A DNA stretch of 63,817 nt, the filler included, from Reticulomyxa filosa (taxonomy: Eukaryota > Protista > Foraminifera), in the NCBI GenBank assembly GCA_000512085.1. It is 13 parts of 13 records of this genome, joined end to end, with 100 filler letters (N's around TTAATTAATTAA, not from the genome) between each part and the next. Parts side by side here need not be neighbours in the genome. Positions count along the whole stretch, not along the records: positions 1 to 18,564 come from ASPP01007596.1; positions 18,665 to 22,398 come from ASPP01022358.1; positions 22,499 to 24,976 come from ASPP01024889.1; 10 more parts are not named here. One strand, given 5' to 3'. The translations under genes were made by a program, and so were the position numbers. Below the pieces are notes generated by a model, which worked only from the letters and a program-made list of their open reading frames with translations, was not told the DNA's origin and made no database searches. Of the stretch, positions 13,271-24,789 are shown piece by piece; within the stretch, counting starts at the first letter, position 1, and each line of letters opens with the position of its first letter.

Positions 13271-15687
13271 CTATTTGCCAGAAAGGGTTTGAGAAATGAT
13301 GTATGATGGTGGTAGATGTCGATACAATAGCCATACAGCCAGAAAAGCTAAAAAGCGATAGCAAAAGTTGAGAACAATTAACATAACAATATTATAATAA
13401 ATATCAACATTTTTGATCCCATTTTGATATAATATTTGCTCTCCAGAAGAGTAAAAACACTGGTCATTTTCTTGTTCAGAAGAAGTGCATCGAAATACTA
13501 ACCCTTTGTATTCATTAACCATTGCAGCTTGTCCAGCATAGGATATATAAGAGATGTATTGAACCCACTTCCAATAAACCTTTATTTTTTTATTTATTTT
13601 TTGATTTAAATGACTTTGGAAAAAAAAAACACAAAACTGGCACTTTGTCAATAGAAATCCAATTTCCGTCGAATAACATAAACAATAAAATGCATACGGT
13701 AGCAAGCATATTACTCTGCTCCAAATTAGCAGCCAAAGCACTGAACAAATATAATAAACCAGCACCAGCACTTAATTCTAATATCATTAAAAGGACAAAG
13801 ATGAGATATTTGGAAATGTCATCTTGTAAACCATACATCCAATATGCAATAGTTGCCATGATAATTCCAAAAATAGTGTGTTGAGGCATTTCAGATAAAG
13901 TGCGACCCAAATAAAATGCAAGAGGTCGATACATTCCAGCAGACTGCTCTCGATTGAAGATAGTCCGTTCCGTTGGAAACAATATCAACACATCCATTGC
14001 AAAAAAAGCCTTTATCAAACAAACAACCACATCAATGGATTATTTGGAAAAAAGACCCCTCAACAAACGAACATTCATTAAAACAATCAAGGAAATGGCA
14101 GATGTTCGATCAAGTGCCCCTTGCTGACTTAAATCCATCTGCCAATACACACTTCCGAACAATAAAGGGACAATAATGGCATTCACACCCTGTGTGGTCA
14201 TCGCAATTGGTTCTATTGCATTCAAACGTGAGAGAATTTATTACGACAGATCGAAAAGAAAAATGTAGATAAGTGACGTAAGGCATACCCCTCAGTTTGT
14301 GAATAAACGACCGTTTCATAACAATATAGATTTGGTTATACCAAGGCGTAATATAAAAGTCCTGTTGAATTGACCCAAAGACGAATTCGCCTCTCAACTC
14401 GGAAGGAAGAGAATATTTGAGTGATTCCTTACAATAAGAAGACGATAAATAAGCCTTTGCCAATTTGTCAATCACTTCATCACGCGTTTCTTGTGGTAAA
14501 TCGCTTTTCTGCGCTTCTTTTTTTTCATTTTCGTGAGTGGTTTGCTGAAAGGTCCCATCGGTAGTATTCACCAAATCCAATAAAAAATCAGCAGCATTGT
14601 CATACTCAGGACAACGGTATCCGCAATCGGCAAAAAATTGCAAACAATGCGGAACAGATGGACCAAAATAAATTTCTTGTCCTTTTGCCAAAAAATATAA
14701 CTTGTCGAACATACACGCCAAAGAATAGCGAGGCTATTGTTATCATTGCATCCATCTTTTCATTTTTAAATGAATCAAAAAAAGAAACAATAATAACATA
14801 ACTTGATGAATCGTCGCCAAAATCGTGATTTTCTTTTTAGTCGCCAAGTTTTTCAATATGTTCCCTACCATCAATGCACTTGCACTGTCTAATCCACTTG
14901 TCGGCTCATCCAATAACAACAATTTTGGCTCGTTCATTATCTCCAACGCTATAGCTGTTTAAGTATAATAGGACAATTTTTATACGTATATACACTTTGT
15001 TTTAATGGACTTTTTCAAACTGACCGAGGCGTCTCCGTTCACCTCCGGAAATACCCTTCCCAATGGTCCCGATTTTTGTGTCCGCACATGAATCTATGAT
15101 AATTTGCAGATTGTATTGCACTCGTCACCAGCAAAGGAAAAAAAAGAGAAGATTGCTTCGAAACTTAGATCCAGATCGTCCAAAATCGTTTGAATTCGTT
15201 GTCGCTTCAATTCTGTAGTGATACCCACTGGCAGTTTTAGATTCGCTGCGAACCACAGTGTTTCTCGAACTGTCAGAGATTCAAAATATACATCGTCTTG
15301 AATCACGTATCCTGTAAACCTGGCCACATTTGGGGGTCTTGGCACTTCATTGAATAGTATATCGCCACTCACGCCCAATACATTGCGGCCACCAACGCAA
15401 TTTAAAAAGGATGATTTACCTGAACCACTAGGACCAATTACAGCCACCAATTCCCCTGGGTTTACCTTTTATTTGCATGGTATATTTCAATTATATCTAA
15501 AAGTTTGTTTTTGTTAAAGCACACTAACATGACCATTCAAATCATGCAAAATCACTTTTGTTTTCCCTTTGTTCTCCTTGTCGCCCACTTCAAAACGAAG
15601 ATTTTTCCACGCTAAGTAGATTTGAAGCGCGTCAGATCCTTGTTTTTTGATTAGTACAGAATGACTTGTAGATTCTTTGGTTGCCAT
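13271..15687 (-). CDS. ABCG (White/BCRP-type) half transporter, multi-exon
   Basis: Walker A GPSGSGKS, GYVIQDD, signature ISGGERRRL, LLLDEPTSGLDS, ATIHQP, NAADFLLD, then an ABC2 membrane domain (ERTIFNREQSAGMY). NBD-TMD order. Confidence 0.95.
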
Positions 15688-17299
15688 GGGAAGACTAGGA
15701 GGTTAGGAAAGTTAAGCAAGTTAGAGTTAGTCCCCAAATTTTCCTTTTGCGCTCTAAAAAAGAGAAACAGTCTCCATCTTTTTCCTTGGAAAGAGTCTCA
15801 GTCCATTCCAAAGAAATCTTTGATTACACTTATTACGTAATGATGAATAAAAGATCGACTGCATGATCAACAGAAGTTTGATAATATTTAGATGTGTATT
15901 ACTTGAATTAAACTCAGACTGATTGTCAAATATTACTAACTTTTTGGTGTAAACTTATTGAATATTGTTTCGTTGATTACTTTTTGTAATTTATTGTATC
16001 ACTTAGTACTGCATTTAATTGTGATTGATATGCTAACATACATTTATCGCAAGAATAATTCGTTTGAAGAAGAATGAAATAGATTATAATTTCCAGTATA
16101 AGCTTTTGTTTTTTTTACAATTGTGCGTCAATTTATCAGATTGTAATTTTAAATTATTTATTTTTTCGCATAATCTATCATTGTTCAAGCAATATGACAA
16201 TAATAAACAAGATAAAACATTGTTCAAAATCTTCAAATAATTAGGAAAGAAAAACTACAAGCTCGTAGGTATTTTTTTTGGAAAATCTAAGTCTAAATAT
16301 TGTTTCTTCGTGGAGAAAATTTACCATTTCTATAAGATCAACTTTCTTTTGTACTATGCGTTACTATAAAAAATTTTACTAATCAACGAAGAAGTTGTTG
16401 ATGCATTGGAAGAACTTGAATATAAGGTAGTAAAAAAAAAAACACATTTCATAATCATTAACAAACTAAAAGCTAACAAGTAGCAAGAATGCACAAATAC
16501 ATAACGAGGCAAAATAACAAAAGGAAAAAAAACCAGACATTGAACATGCAAGCCGAAGGCATCCGCGAGCGCGGCAAAGACCCAGCACAACAAAGATAAT
16601 TTTAATGTTCCGATTAATTAATTTGTCTTTTAGTGCTTGTAATGACTGAATAGTATCGATTAACTAAAGTAATTTAATTGTTATGTTTAATTGATTTGTT
16701 TTTGAATTAGATTCTAACTCAATATTTATGAGACTTTAACACCTTGAAAATAAGGAATCAGAGGATTCGGTTTAGCAACGCTGACGATCCATAGGGAAGG
16801 TCAAAATTGTTTTCACAACAGTTGGTTGATCTCGAATTACAGCATTTGAGATTGATTTGTTTTTTTTATATTTTAATATCTAGTCAAAACTTGAAAAATG
16901 TTTTTTCGCTTGTTGTCAATTGTGTGCGTTTGAGAAATTTTTAATGATCTTTTCTTTTTGCTTTTGGTTTTTCTTTAGAGTACTGAGTTCCCTTTGTGAC
17001 GAGTTGCTATTTTTAACTCTTAATTTTCACTAAAAAAGAAGTTTTATTTACGGAATAGTGACCTATTCTTACAAAAATTTTTCTTCATATATCAAGGACT
17101 TTGGAACTTTGATGAAAGATGACAACATTACCAAACAAGAATAATGTGTTATCGGCAGTTACAATTTGAAAGCATATGGAAGAGCAAAATCCAAATAATC
17201 AAGTAATTTATTATAATTATTGACAAACAGCATCGCTTTACAATCTAATAATTAAAGCAGAGAAAAAACAATAAGCCATTTGAATACATGCAATGACGA

Positions 17300-18564
17300 A
17301 ACAATGATTGATAAAACAAAAAAAGATCATCTGTGGAAATCAAACTGCAAGATCGGCAAGAAACTGTCGAACATTTGTCGGCAATTGTTCAATCCTTCAT
17401 CAATAAGAATACGAACAACAGCAAGAAGAGGAACAAACAAGCATATTGATTATGAAGAATGAATGATCTCGTGATCCTTCAAAACAACGTCAACGCTTCT
17501 ACTCGAAAGCCCAACTACTGAAGCAGGACATCCACACATTTATCTCCTTCAGGGATGTTTCGGTTGGAAATTAAAGATTAACGGTCCCAGAATTGATTTA
17601 ATCAATTATGGAGTGAAACAGGAAGATCAGGTATACTATATCGAGACTTACATGCCAGCAAGATAAGTTCCAAATTGCAGGATATGAATAGTGTTGGGTG
17701 GACAATAGCTGTCCAGGACAAAAGAAATCGATCATGTTTTGCAATTTCTACAGAAAATTGCATAAAACGGGTGTAAGATTCGATGATTTCAAAGAACACA
17801 TTGTAATTAGTGGTGATTAGAATGTTCATCACTAAGCATGATTGGATGAAATCATAGATTAAGTTGGTAAATATGTATCGGATTTAATCAACAATAATTT
17901 GAATAATCTGAATTCCGGTCCATTCAATCACACACACATTTGAAAAGAAGAAAGATGATAGAAGATTGTCATTGACATCACAATGTGTTCATCATCAATA
18001 TTCCATCTATGCAGAAACTGGAGAACAGACAATGATAAATTGAATGTGCATTTTAATCACTTTCCAGTCATATTCAACATCAATGCAAGTTGGGCATATC
18101 CACAGATCAAGAAATAAAGAATAGAAACATGGAATTTGAGAAACAATAATTGGGAACTTTATCGTAAAGTACTGTCAAACAATTTGAGAATGGAAAGAAA
18201 CATTGCCACAGTGGTTTCCAGATGACCCACAATTGTTGGACTATGTAGTGGTTCGCTCAGTCACCAAAACCAGATCATTCTGAACTGGATGAATATGTGG
18301 AAGATGTGATTGTACCAGCAATTGAGATAAAAATAGAAACAGAAATGAGTGAGTATCCTGGTGTTTGAGATGCATCAAGGTAAAGCCACAGAAGAAGAAG
18401 TAATCGAAGCACTGAGAAGGACAGGCAATATTTACAACCAGATGATCAAAAATGGTAGACAGAGTATGATTGATGTTGTTGCTCGATTGGAATTATTCCA
18501 TTGGATACATGGAAGATGAAAAATATTGTTCCAATTCCAAAACCAAATCGTGATCACAGCATTT
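17300..18564 (+). mobile_element. Decayed non-LTR (LINE-like) retrotransposon fragments: APE endonuclease and start of RT
   Basis: Broken-frame remnants: PHIYLLQ (~17532), ISGD*NVHH (GDFNAHH-like, ~17806), NHFPVIF (~18055), ETWNLRNNNWELYRK, EEEVIEALR, IYNQMIKNG, WK..NIVPIPKPNRDHS (~18510-18560). Many stops and frameshifts. Confidence 0.75.
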
Positions 18565-18664
18565 NNNNNNNNNNNNNNNNNNNNNNNNNNNNNNNNNNNN
18601 NNNNNNNNTTAATTAATTAANNNNNNNNNNNNNNNNNNNNNNNNNNNNNNNNNNNNNNNNNNNN
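18565..18664. other. Artificial contig linker N44-TTAATTAATTAA-N44 (also at 22399, 24977, 28785, 32667, 42075, 45543, 46968, 57756, 59385, 60708, 62464)
   Basis: Twelve identical 100-nt blocks with a six-frame stop cassette. Genes are truncated at them. Confidence 0.99.
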
Positions 18665-18869
18665 AACAAAGAATACCTCTTCAGTGGCCTTTGCTCACAG
18701 AAAAGAAAAGAGAAAGAGTGTTAGAAGCAAATCCTAGAAGTAAATAGGGGAATGACGACATTATGGAAGTCAACTCAACGACAGAAGAGGCAAAGACAAA
18801 ACGAAACGAAAAACAATAACTCAACGATTGGGCCAACTGTCAAAAAATAGTATAGTGATTTTTTGGTAA

Positions 18870-19285
18870 GCGCGTGGGTCATATCGTCAAGCACAAGACT
18901 GGATAATTGGAAAAATCTTGACTGAAAGAAGATATTTCTTCAAACAATCGCCGAGAAGGAAATTGTGCGAACATTAATGGAAAATTATCCTATGTTGCTT
19001 TGAATTATGATGAACTGATGAAAGCTGATACCTCCAGCGAACTGGAACAAAACCACGAATTGCCTGATGGCCAAGTCATCATAGTTGGTACTGAACAATT
19101 CTAATATACAAAAGTTCTGTTCAAACCAAACTTCATTGGATTGGAGAACACAATTTGACCTTCAAATTCATCATGAAACGCGATGTTGATATCAGAAAAG
19201 ACTTGTACAATAACGTCGTGGTGAGAAATTGCACAACCATGTTCAATGGCATAGCCGGAAGAATGCAAAAGAAATGAAACATTTG
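18870..19285 (+). pseudogene. ACT: Actin pseudogene fragment
   Basis: [68 protein letters not shown] and [13 protein letters not shown], interrupted by stops and frameshifts. Confidence 0.9.
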
Positions 19286-19519
19286 TATCGACTGAATCGC
19301 AAACATCGATACAACATGATTGCATTGTTAGCAATGCCAAACTTTTTTCGAAATGCCTTGAAGAATGTGGTGGATCAGAAGCAAGCAAAAAAGAGATTTG
19401 TAAGTTTTCTGTGATAATCTTATTGTTACAAAATTAAATAACTAATATGTAGTGAAAGACAAAAGTATTTAGTAAAAAAATTATCATATAACCAAGTTTT
19501 TAAAAAAACACGGAAAATA

Positions 19520-20345
19520 GAAGTGCGGATCCATTATTGCGTTTTATTTAGATCGATAAAAGGAAGAAAGAGCCAGTGATTTGACAATTTATTGCACAAC
19601 ATGAGAGTTCTTTACACCAACCTGACATTACACAATTATTGATGCTCCTGGCCACAGAATTGTTAGAATATTTGAACGCTCAAGATCGCTTTGATGAAAT
19701 CAAATCGGAGGTCGAGAAAATGTTAACAAAGATTGGATACAAAACGGAAAAAATTTCATTTATTCCAATGAGTGGATTCAAAGGAAAACTTGACAAAAGT
19801 GAGCGAAAACATACCATGGTGAAAGGATTTTCAGTTCAAATTTAAAAAGATACCATTACTGGTGTGCTTTTGATGGATGCTTTGGAGAAAACGGTCAGTC
19901 AACCAAAAAGATCAACAAAGAAACCATTCCGTACGCCAGTCAGTGGTGTTTATAACATTAAAGGAGTGGGTGATGTGATTACTGGTCGTATTGGACAATT
20001 ACCCCTTGGTGCTCCTGTTTATTTTTATCCGACGAACGCAACTGGTAAAGCATTTTCTATTGAAATGCACCACAAAACAGTCGACAAATCCGAAGCTGGT
20101 GACAACGTCGGTGTAAACATGAAAAACTTGAAAAAGAAAAATATGCCACATACTGGTGATGTGATTTGCATTTATGACCCTGTTGTAGATCATAACCCAC
20201 CAAAATAAGCAACCAAATTTATCGCTTTGGTATTTGTTCAAGATCATCTAGGACAATTAAAAGCTGCAACTAGTGATGGAAAAGGTAACTATACATGATG
20301 ATTTACCACATTGATTCATGTCAGAATTGCTAAAACTCCTTATCA
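19520..20345 (+). pseudogene. EFL: EFL (EF-1alpha-like) pseudogene with a large internal deletion
   Basis: AFYLDR*KEERA..CTT*EFFTPT*HYTIIDAPGHR is EFL-diagnostic rather than canonical EF-1alpha. It is followed by FIPMSGFKG, PVSGVYNIKGVGDVITGRI and EMHHKTVDKSEAGDNVGVN. In-frame stops and frameshifts are present, and much of domain I is missing. Confidence 0.88.
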
Positions 20346-21462
20346 AATAGAAAGCAACAACAACAAAGATTATCTTTGTGTGATAGCATCCACCCACTTC
20401 TTTATCTTATTTTTTGTTGTCTGTTGTTGTTGTGTTGGGGCGTGCACTTTGTGGATAACAAAATAGTAGCAATGTAATGGAATAAACAACACTCGAACCA
20501 ATCAAAGTGTATAATGATAGTATTGAATTCGACTTTATGCATGAGATCGATATTTTGGCAGAATGGAATGATATTGACATTTGTCGAGGTGTCAAAGGCA
20601 TTATTGTCAAGCCAAGAGTATTTTTCAAGTTTATTTTCTTTCCATATATTTGCATATCGCAATTCAAACAAATAATGTTATTCCACTCATTATAGCAACT
20701 GATCCATGGAAATTTCCATGTCGGTGACGACGTTGCTACTTCCAATAATAATATCAATTCTACTCTTGCTCCATATCAAGTCCACAAATGAAGATACACA
20801 AAAACTTCAGAGGCTCCAAAAAGAAAGAGGCCAACAACTAAAAAAAAGTTGGTAATTAAAAGTTATTACTGATATCAGCGAAGTTTCATATTTGGAGTGA
20901 ATGTATGTCATTTTTTCTTTTTGCAAGAAACTTTTCCAAAAAAACACAAATAGGAACAGCAGATGAACAAAATGGATAACAACAGTGGTGATGTTCGTAG
21001 AGCGGAGGAGGCAACGACTGTTGAATCATTGGACACTTGGAGCATTTATGTCGAAAATGAAAAGAGATAAACTACGTGTGCTCACTACGCTATTATTTTC
21101 AATTTCTTGGTAAGTGCTACCATTAGACAATCCAGATCACAAAAATCAGTTATTATAACTATTTGAAGGAATAACGTGACTAAGTCTTTTGCACGCACGA
21201 TGCACGGCTTACTTAGAAAAGGGGGCTATTCAAAGACAAACATGCAATCTCACCGCTGGTCGACAAAAGCCCCTTTTATGCAAAGCATAACAAACAGGTT
21301 GCAACTATTTGCAACGATCAACGCATATTACATTGTTACACGAACAAAGATCAATGTGCAAGTCAAATGGCTCAAAGATAAAGGCAAACTAGACATTTGA
21401 CAAATACAATGTATGTGTTTACTGGTAATCTTTTTTTTTATATTTGAAAAAACAAAAGTTAT

Positions 21463-21567
21463 TGGCGACAGCGGGAGTCGGACCCACATTTCCGCTTTGA
21501 AAAGTATAGTGGATGGCCCTAGTCCCACTTACTTTTCTAGCGGGCTCTACCGTTGAGCTATGCCGCT
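21463..21567 (-). tRNA. tRNA-like gene with a 42-nt hairpin in place of the anticodon loop (intron-containing or degenerate; anticodon unresolved)
   Basis: Minus strand: acceptor (A)GCGGCA/TGTCGC(C)A, D arm GCTC-AACGGTA-GAGC, anticodon stem CCGCT/AGCGG, 4-nt variable loop AAAT, T arm GTGGG-TCCGACT-CCCGC. T4/T6 runs follow immediately, and an AT-rich TATA-like tract lies upstream. Confidence 0.75.
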
Positions 21568-22698
21568 TTGCATTAATTTAAATAAATTTATAAATATAAT
21601 ATAATAGATATGTTGGCAATGCATCGTAAATTGTGGAACTGGTGGCTGACAGACTTAATTTTTACATACTCATTTGTTGGCCGTTTCGTAATTTGAAAAT
21701 TCCGAAACACACGCACACAAATTGCCACTTTTCCCACCATACACCATCTTCAAGCACTGTTGCTGCGTTTGCTACATTTGCTGCAATTATTTCGGCAAGC
21801 ACAAGCAAACAAACAAAAATTACATATGGCAAGATACCTTTTCAATTACTACCAATGCACTTGGCAATGTCCTGTCCAAGTATTTTTAACTTGCACTCCG
21901 TAAGTCCGACAGACGGAGTCAGGTTTTTTTTTAAAAGAAAACAAGCTTGTCTTGCAAAGGGATACTAAAAGACTGAATCCCAAGGCAAGCCAAAAAGACA
22001 ACGAGAAGAAGGCAAGCAACAAAAAAAAAAGTATTCCAACCAAAACTTTTATCATAACTTGTGAATTGTATAAAATAGAATGTTTTTGCTTTTCTTCATC
22101 GTTGCAATTCACTTTGGATTTTAATGACTAACTTATGCATTTGTTACTGATTTTCGAATATCTTGACTAAAAAATTGTTGTATGAACTATAGAAGAAAAA
22201 ATAATCAAATAACAATTCATTTGTTGATATCTTCATTTTGATTTTTTATCTTCAAATATTACGATTTAAATTTTCTTTTGTAGTCAAATAATGTTTTCTT
22301 ATTAATTTAAAAAAATCAAAAATCGAGACACTTTTTCTGATTTGTTGAACAAAGAAAAATAAAAATAAAATGTGTACAAAAAGAATTCACTGCAACAANN
22401 NNNNNNNNNNNNNNNNNNNNNNNNNNNNNNNNNNNNNNNNNNTTAATTAATTAANNNNNNNNNNNNNNNNNNNNNNNNNNNNNNNNNNNNNNNNNNNNAA
22501 GAGAGAGAGTTTTTGAGTTTTTAAAACGAAACTAGATCAGGTTAAATAGCTTAATTAGGGTTTGTCTCCCTCTTATAACATCAGTATTTTCACACTTCAA
22601 CTGTCAACAATGCAGTTTTGAAAAGAACACGTTTTATATCGGTACTCCCTTCATTTTCTCAAGAAAAAATGTTCTATTTATATTTTTGATCTCACTTC

Positions 22699-24789
22699 TC
22701 ACAGCAGGGTATCCTCAGTGCTGCTTTCATTTGAATCACTCATGCTTTGATCTCCAGTTTTTTCTTTGTACGTTTTATTACCCTCTATTTTTCCACTCGA
22801 TTGTAACCTGAATCTAAATCTTGGAACCATTGGCTTTTCTTTGGTTCTGTCACATGAATGACTCCTCTTACGTTCAGTATGTATGTCCCTTTGCCCTTTT
22901 TCTTTGGTACTGTTTTTTTCTGTTTTCATTTTTTCACTGTCATCTCTTTTATCATTAGAGCAGTCGAAACATATTCTTGTAATGCTTCTGATTTTTCCTT
23001 CATTTATGTATCCCCTTATTTTTTCTTTTGTTACCTGGGCCTGCCTTTCATTGTCAAACTTCAGTATCAAAAATTGTTTGGTTCTGTCTGCACTTTTCCG
23101 CAGAGAGGCTTGCGTTCTGGTGTTTTTGTTTAATATGACGTCCGCCAGCATATCAAGCGCCTGCTGTGCACTTACCATCTTAGTCAATCCCGGCCCAAAA
23201 AGTATCAACTGGGTAGTATTTTTCTCACGATTCCTTGTTGCCCATCCTTTTTCACTTTGTGGGCTCATGTACTTTGCTTCATTTGTTCGAGCGCCATCTC
23301 TCAAGGCACTTTTAGTATCATGTTTTATACGTTTTTGTACTTCATAGCCAACTTTTTTCTGGTTCTTTTCCGTATTGTTTGCTATCACCTCAGTCTTGTC
23401 CTTTATCACCCGTTTCATCTCCTGTTCTTGCCATGTTCCACTTAGCTTTCCATCTTCATTTATCACTCTATTGTCATTCGCATGAATCTTCTGCAATGTT
23501 TCATTCATATTCTCCATCATTTTCATCATTGTCTCAAAATCCACTGTTTTCAGGTCCAGCTTTGACTTTGATCTCCTTAACTGTTCTTCAATCTGCTGCT
23601 TTTCTTCTCTCACTTTGTCACATTCTTGCTTTAACGTATACATACTTTCCATTATGTCACTTTTTGTATGCGTATTGAACCATTCCTTTGGGTCTGTGAA
23701 ATACTCTATCTCCTCATCAAACGCTTCCTGGATATGGTGCTTAAAGTATCTCAGGTGCAGTATTTCTGAATACAAGAAATTTACTGCCATTCCTATCAGG
23801 TTCGGTACCATACTATTTTTTTTCACCAGATCACGCTCTTTATCAAAATTCTTCAACATCTCCTTCATCTTGTCATACGCTTGATCAAACTTTTCATAGA
23901 AATATTTCCCTTTTTTCACTGGCATCGCCGGATGATCGTACGTTATTGCTAGTTTGAATACAGGTTTCAGAATCAATGGCAAATTTTGTATCTTTGTAGC
24001 TGCTTGCATTATCTTTGGTATATCAATCCTTTCCATGACAATATCATTTTCCTCAGAGACTGCATTCTCCGCCATCATGCCATCAGCTTCTGTTTCAGCT
24101 GGTTGCATCGTTTCTGTCATTGTTTCTTTTTCTTCTGTATACGTCGTTTGTCTTGTTAACTTTTGTACTTGTTCCATTTCTTCTTTCAACTTCATTTTCA
24201 GCAACTGATTTTCTTTCTTACAGTTTTCCAAGTCATTACTAGCCATTATCAACTGTTCCTTCATATTGTTCATCGATTTCACGTGTTTGTTCATGTTCGC
24301 AATCCATGTGTCATTTTTAACCTTTCCGCCATCCATTATCCCAATACATTTATCCATGTGATACTTCACATATCTCAGGTACTGGAGCTCCTGTGTCAGC
24401 ACCTCCAGTTTTACAATTTTCAAATCATCAGGATGAACTTGCTTCTGGTTATTTTCCTTATTTCGGTACTGGTCACACAGGTTTACGTATTGGATTAACA
24501 TCTGTTGCCAGTCTTGATAATATTTCTCCCCTTTTCCATGGGCAAAATCATTTTCATCAGTCGATGTTGATACTGCTATCCAACATCTTGTGTCATCTTG
24601 TTTTTCACTTTCAGCGTTTTTCCGTTTGTTGCGAAATTCCTTATCATTCTTTTGCACACTTGTGAAATCGAAATTCATTGTGCTGTCTCCAGCTTTGGTT
24701 ATCACATTCATCTTTTTATCTACAATATTTGTCAGGTTTGCCATTACTTTGCTTTTCCTTATGTGGTTGTCTCCGTTCATGCTCGTCAT
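22699..24789 (-). CDS. Intronless ~696-aa coiled-coil protein with duplicated helical domain and RRM-like C-terminal region; possible retroelement ORF1-like protein
   Basis: Uninterrupted 2.1-kb ORF (first ATG 24789, in-frame TAA just upstream), K/E/M-rich heptads. It fills a contig bounded by (GA)n at both ends. Confidence 0.7.
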   Translation of the reverse strand: MTSMNGDNHIRKSKVMANLTNIVDKKMNVITKAGDSTMNFDFTSVQKNDKEFRNKRKNAESEKQDDTRCWIAVSTSTDENDFAHGKGEKYYQDWQQMLIQYVNLCDQYRNKENNQKQVHPDDLKIVKLEVLTQELQYLRYVKYHMDKCIGIMDGGKVKNDTWIANMNKHVKSMNNMKEQLIMASNDLENCKKENQLLKMKLKEEMEQVQKLTRQTTYTEEKETMTETMQPAETEADGMMAENAVSEENDIVMERIDIPKIMQAATKIQNLPLILKPVFKLAITYDHPAMPVKKGKYFYEKFDQAYDKMKEMLKNFDKERDLVKKNSMVPNLIGMAVNFLYSEILHLRYFKHHIQEAFDEEIEYFTDPKEWFNTHTKSDIMESMYTLKQECDKVREEKQQIEEQLRRSKSKLDLKTVDFETMMKMMENMNETLQKIHANDNRVINEDGKLSGTWQEQEMKRVIKDKTEVIANNTEKNQKKVGYEVQKRIKHDTKSALRDGARTNEAKYMSPQSEKGWATRNREKNTTQLILFGPGLTKMVSAQQALDMLADVILNKNTRTQASLRKSADRTKQFLILKFDNERQAQVTKEKIRGYINEGKIRSITRICFDCSNDKRDDSEKMKTEKNSTKEKGQRDIHTERKRSHSCDRTKEKPMVPRFRFRLQSSGKIEGNKTYKEKTGDQSMSDSNESSTEDTLL

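Noticed and set aside
15696-15731. GTTAG-like repeats resembling telomeric sequence
   Set aside because: Only four irregular units, located in the ABCG 5' leader.
18565-18664. Repeated TTAATTAATTAA palindrome flanked by Ns as a biological repeat or CRISPR-like array
   Set aside because: It is an identical artificial six-frame-stop linker. Gene adjacency across linkers carries no biological meaning.
19550-19630. In-frame TAA/TGA at Gln/Trp-like positions of EFL suggesting an alternative genetic code
   Set aside because: They co-occur with frameshifts and a large deletion. Intact genes in the window use TAA/TAG/TGA as terminators and show no internal stops.
20400-21400. Short ORFs between the EFL pseudogene and the tRNA-like gene
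   Set aside because: No recognisable motif. Possibly further decayed gene fragments, but not assignable.
21492-21505. Selenocysteine or opal-suppressor reading (TT-TCA-AA) of the tRNA-like gene
   Set aside because: It needs a 4-bp anticodon stem and a 3-4-nt variable region, and lacks the long variable arm and extended acceptor stem of tRNA-Sec.
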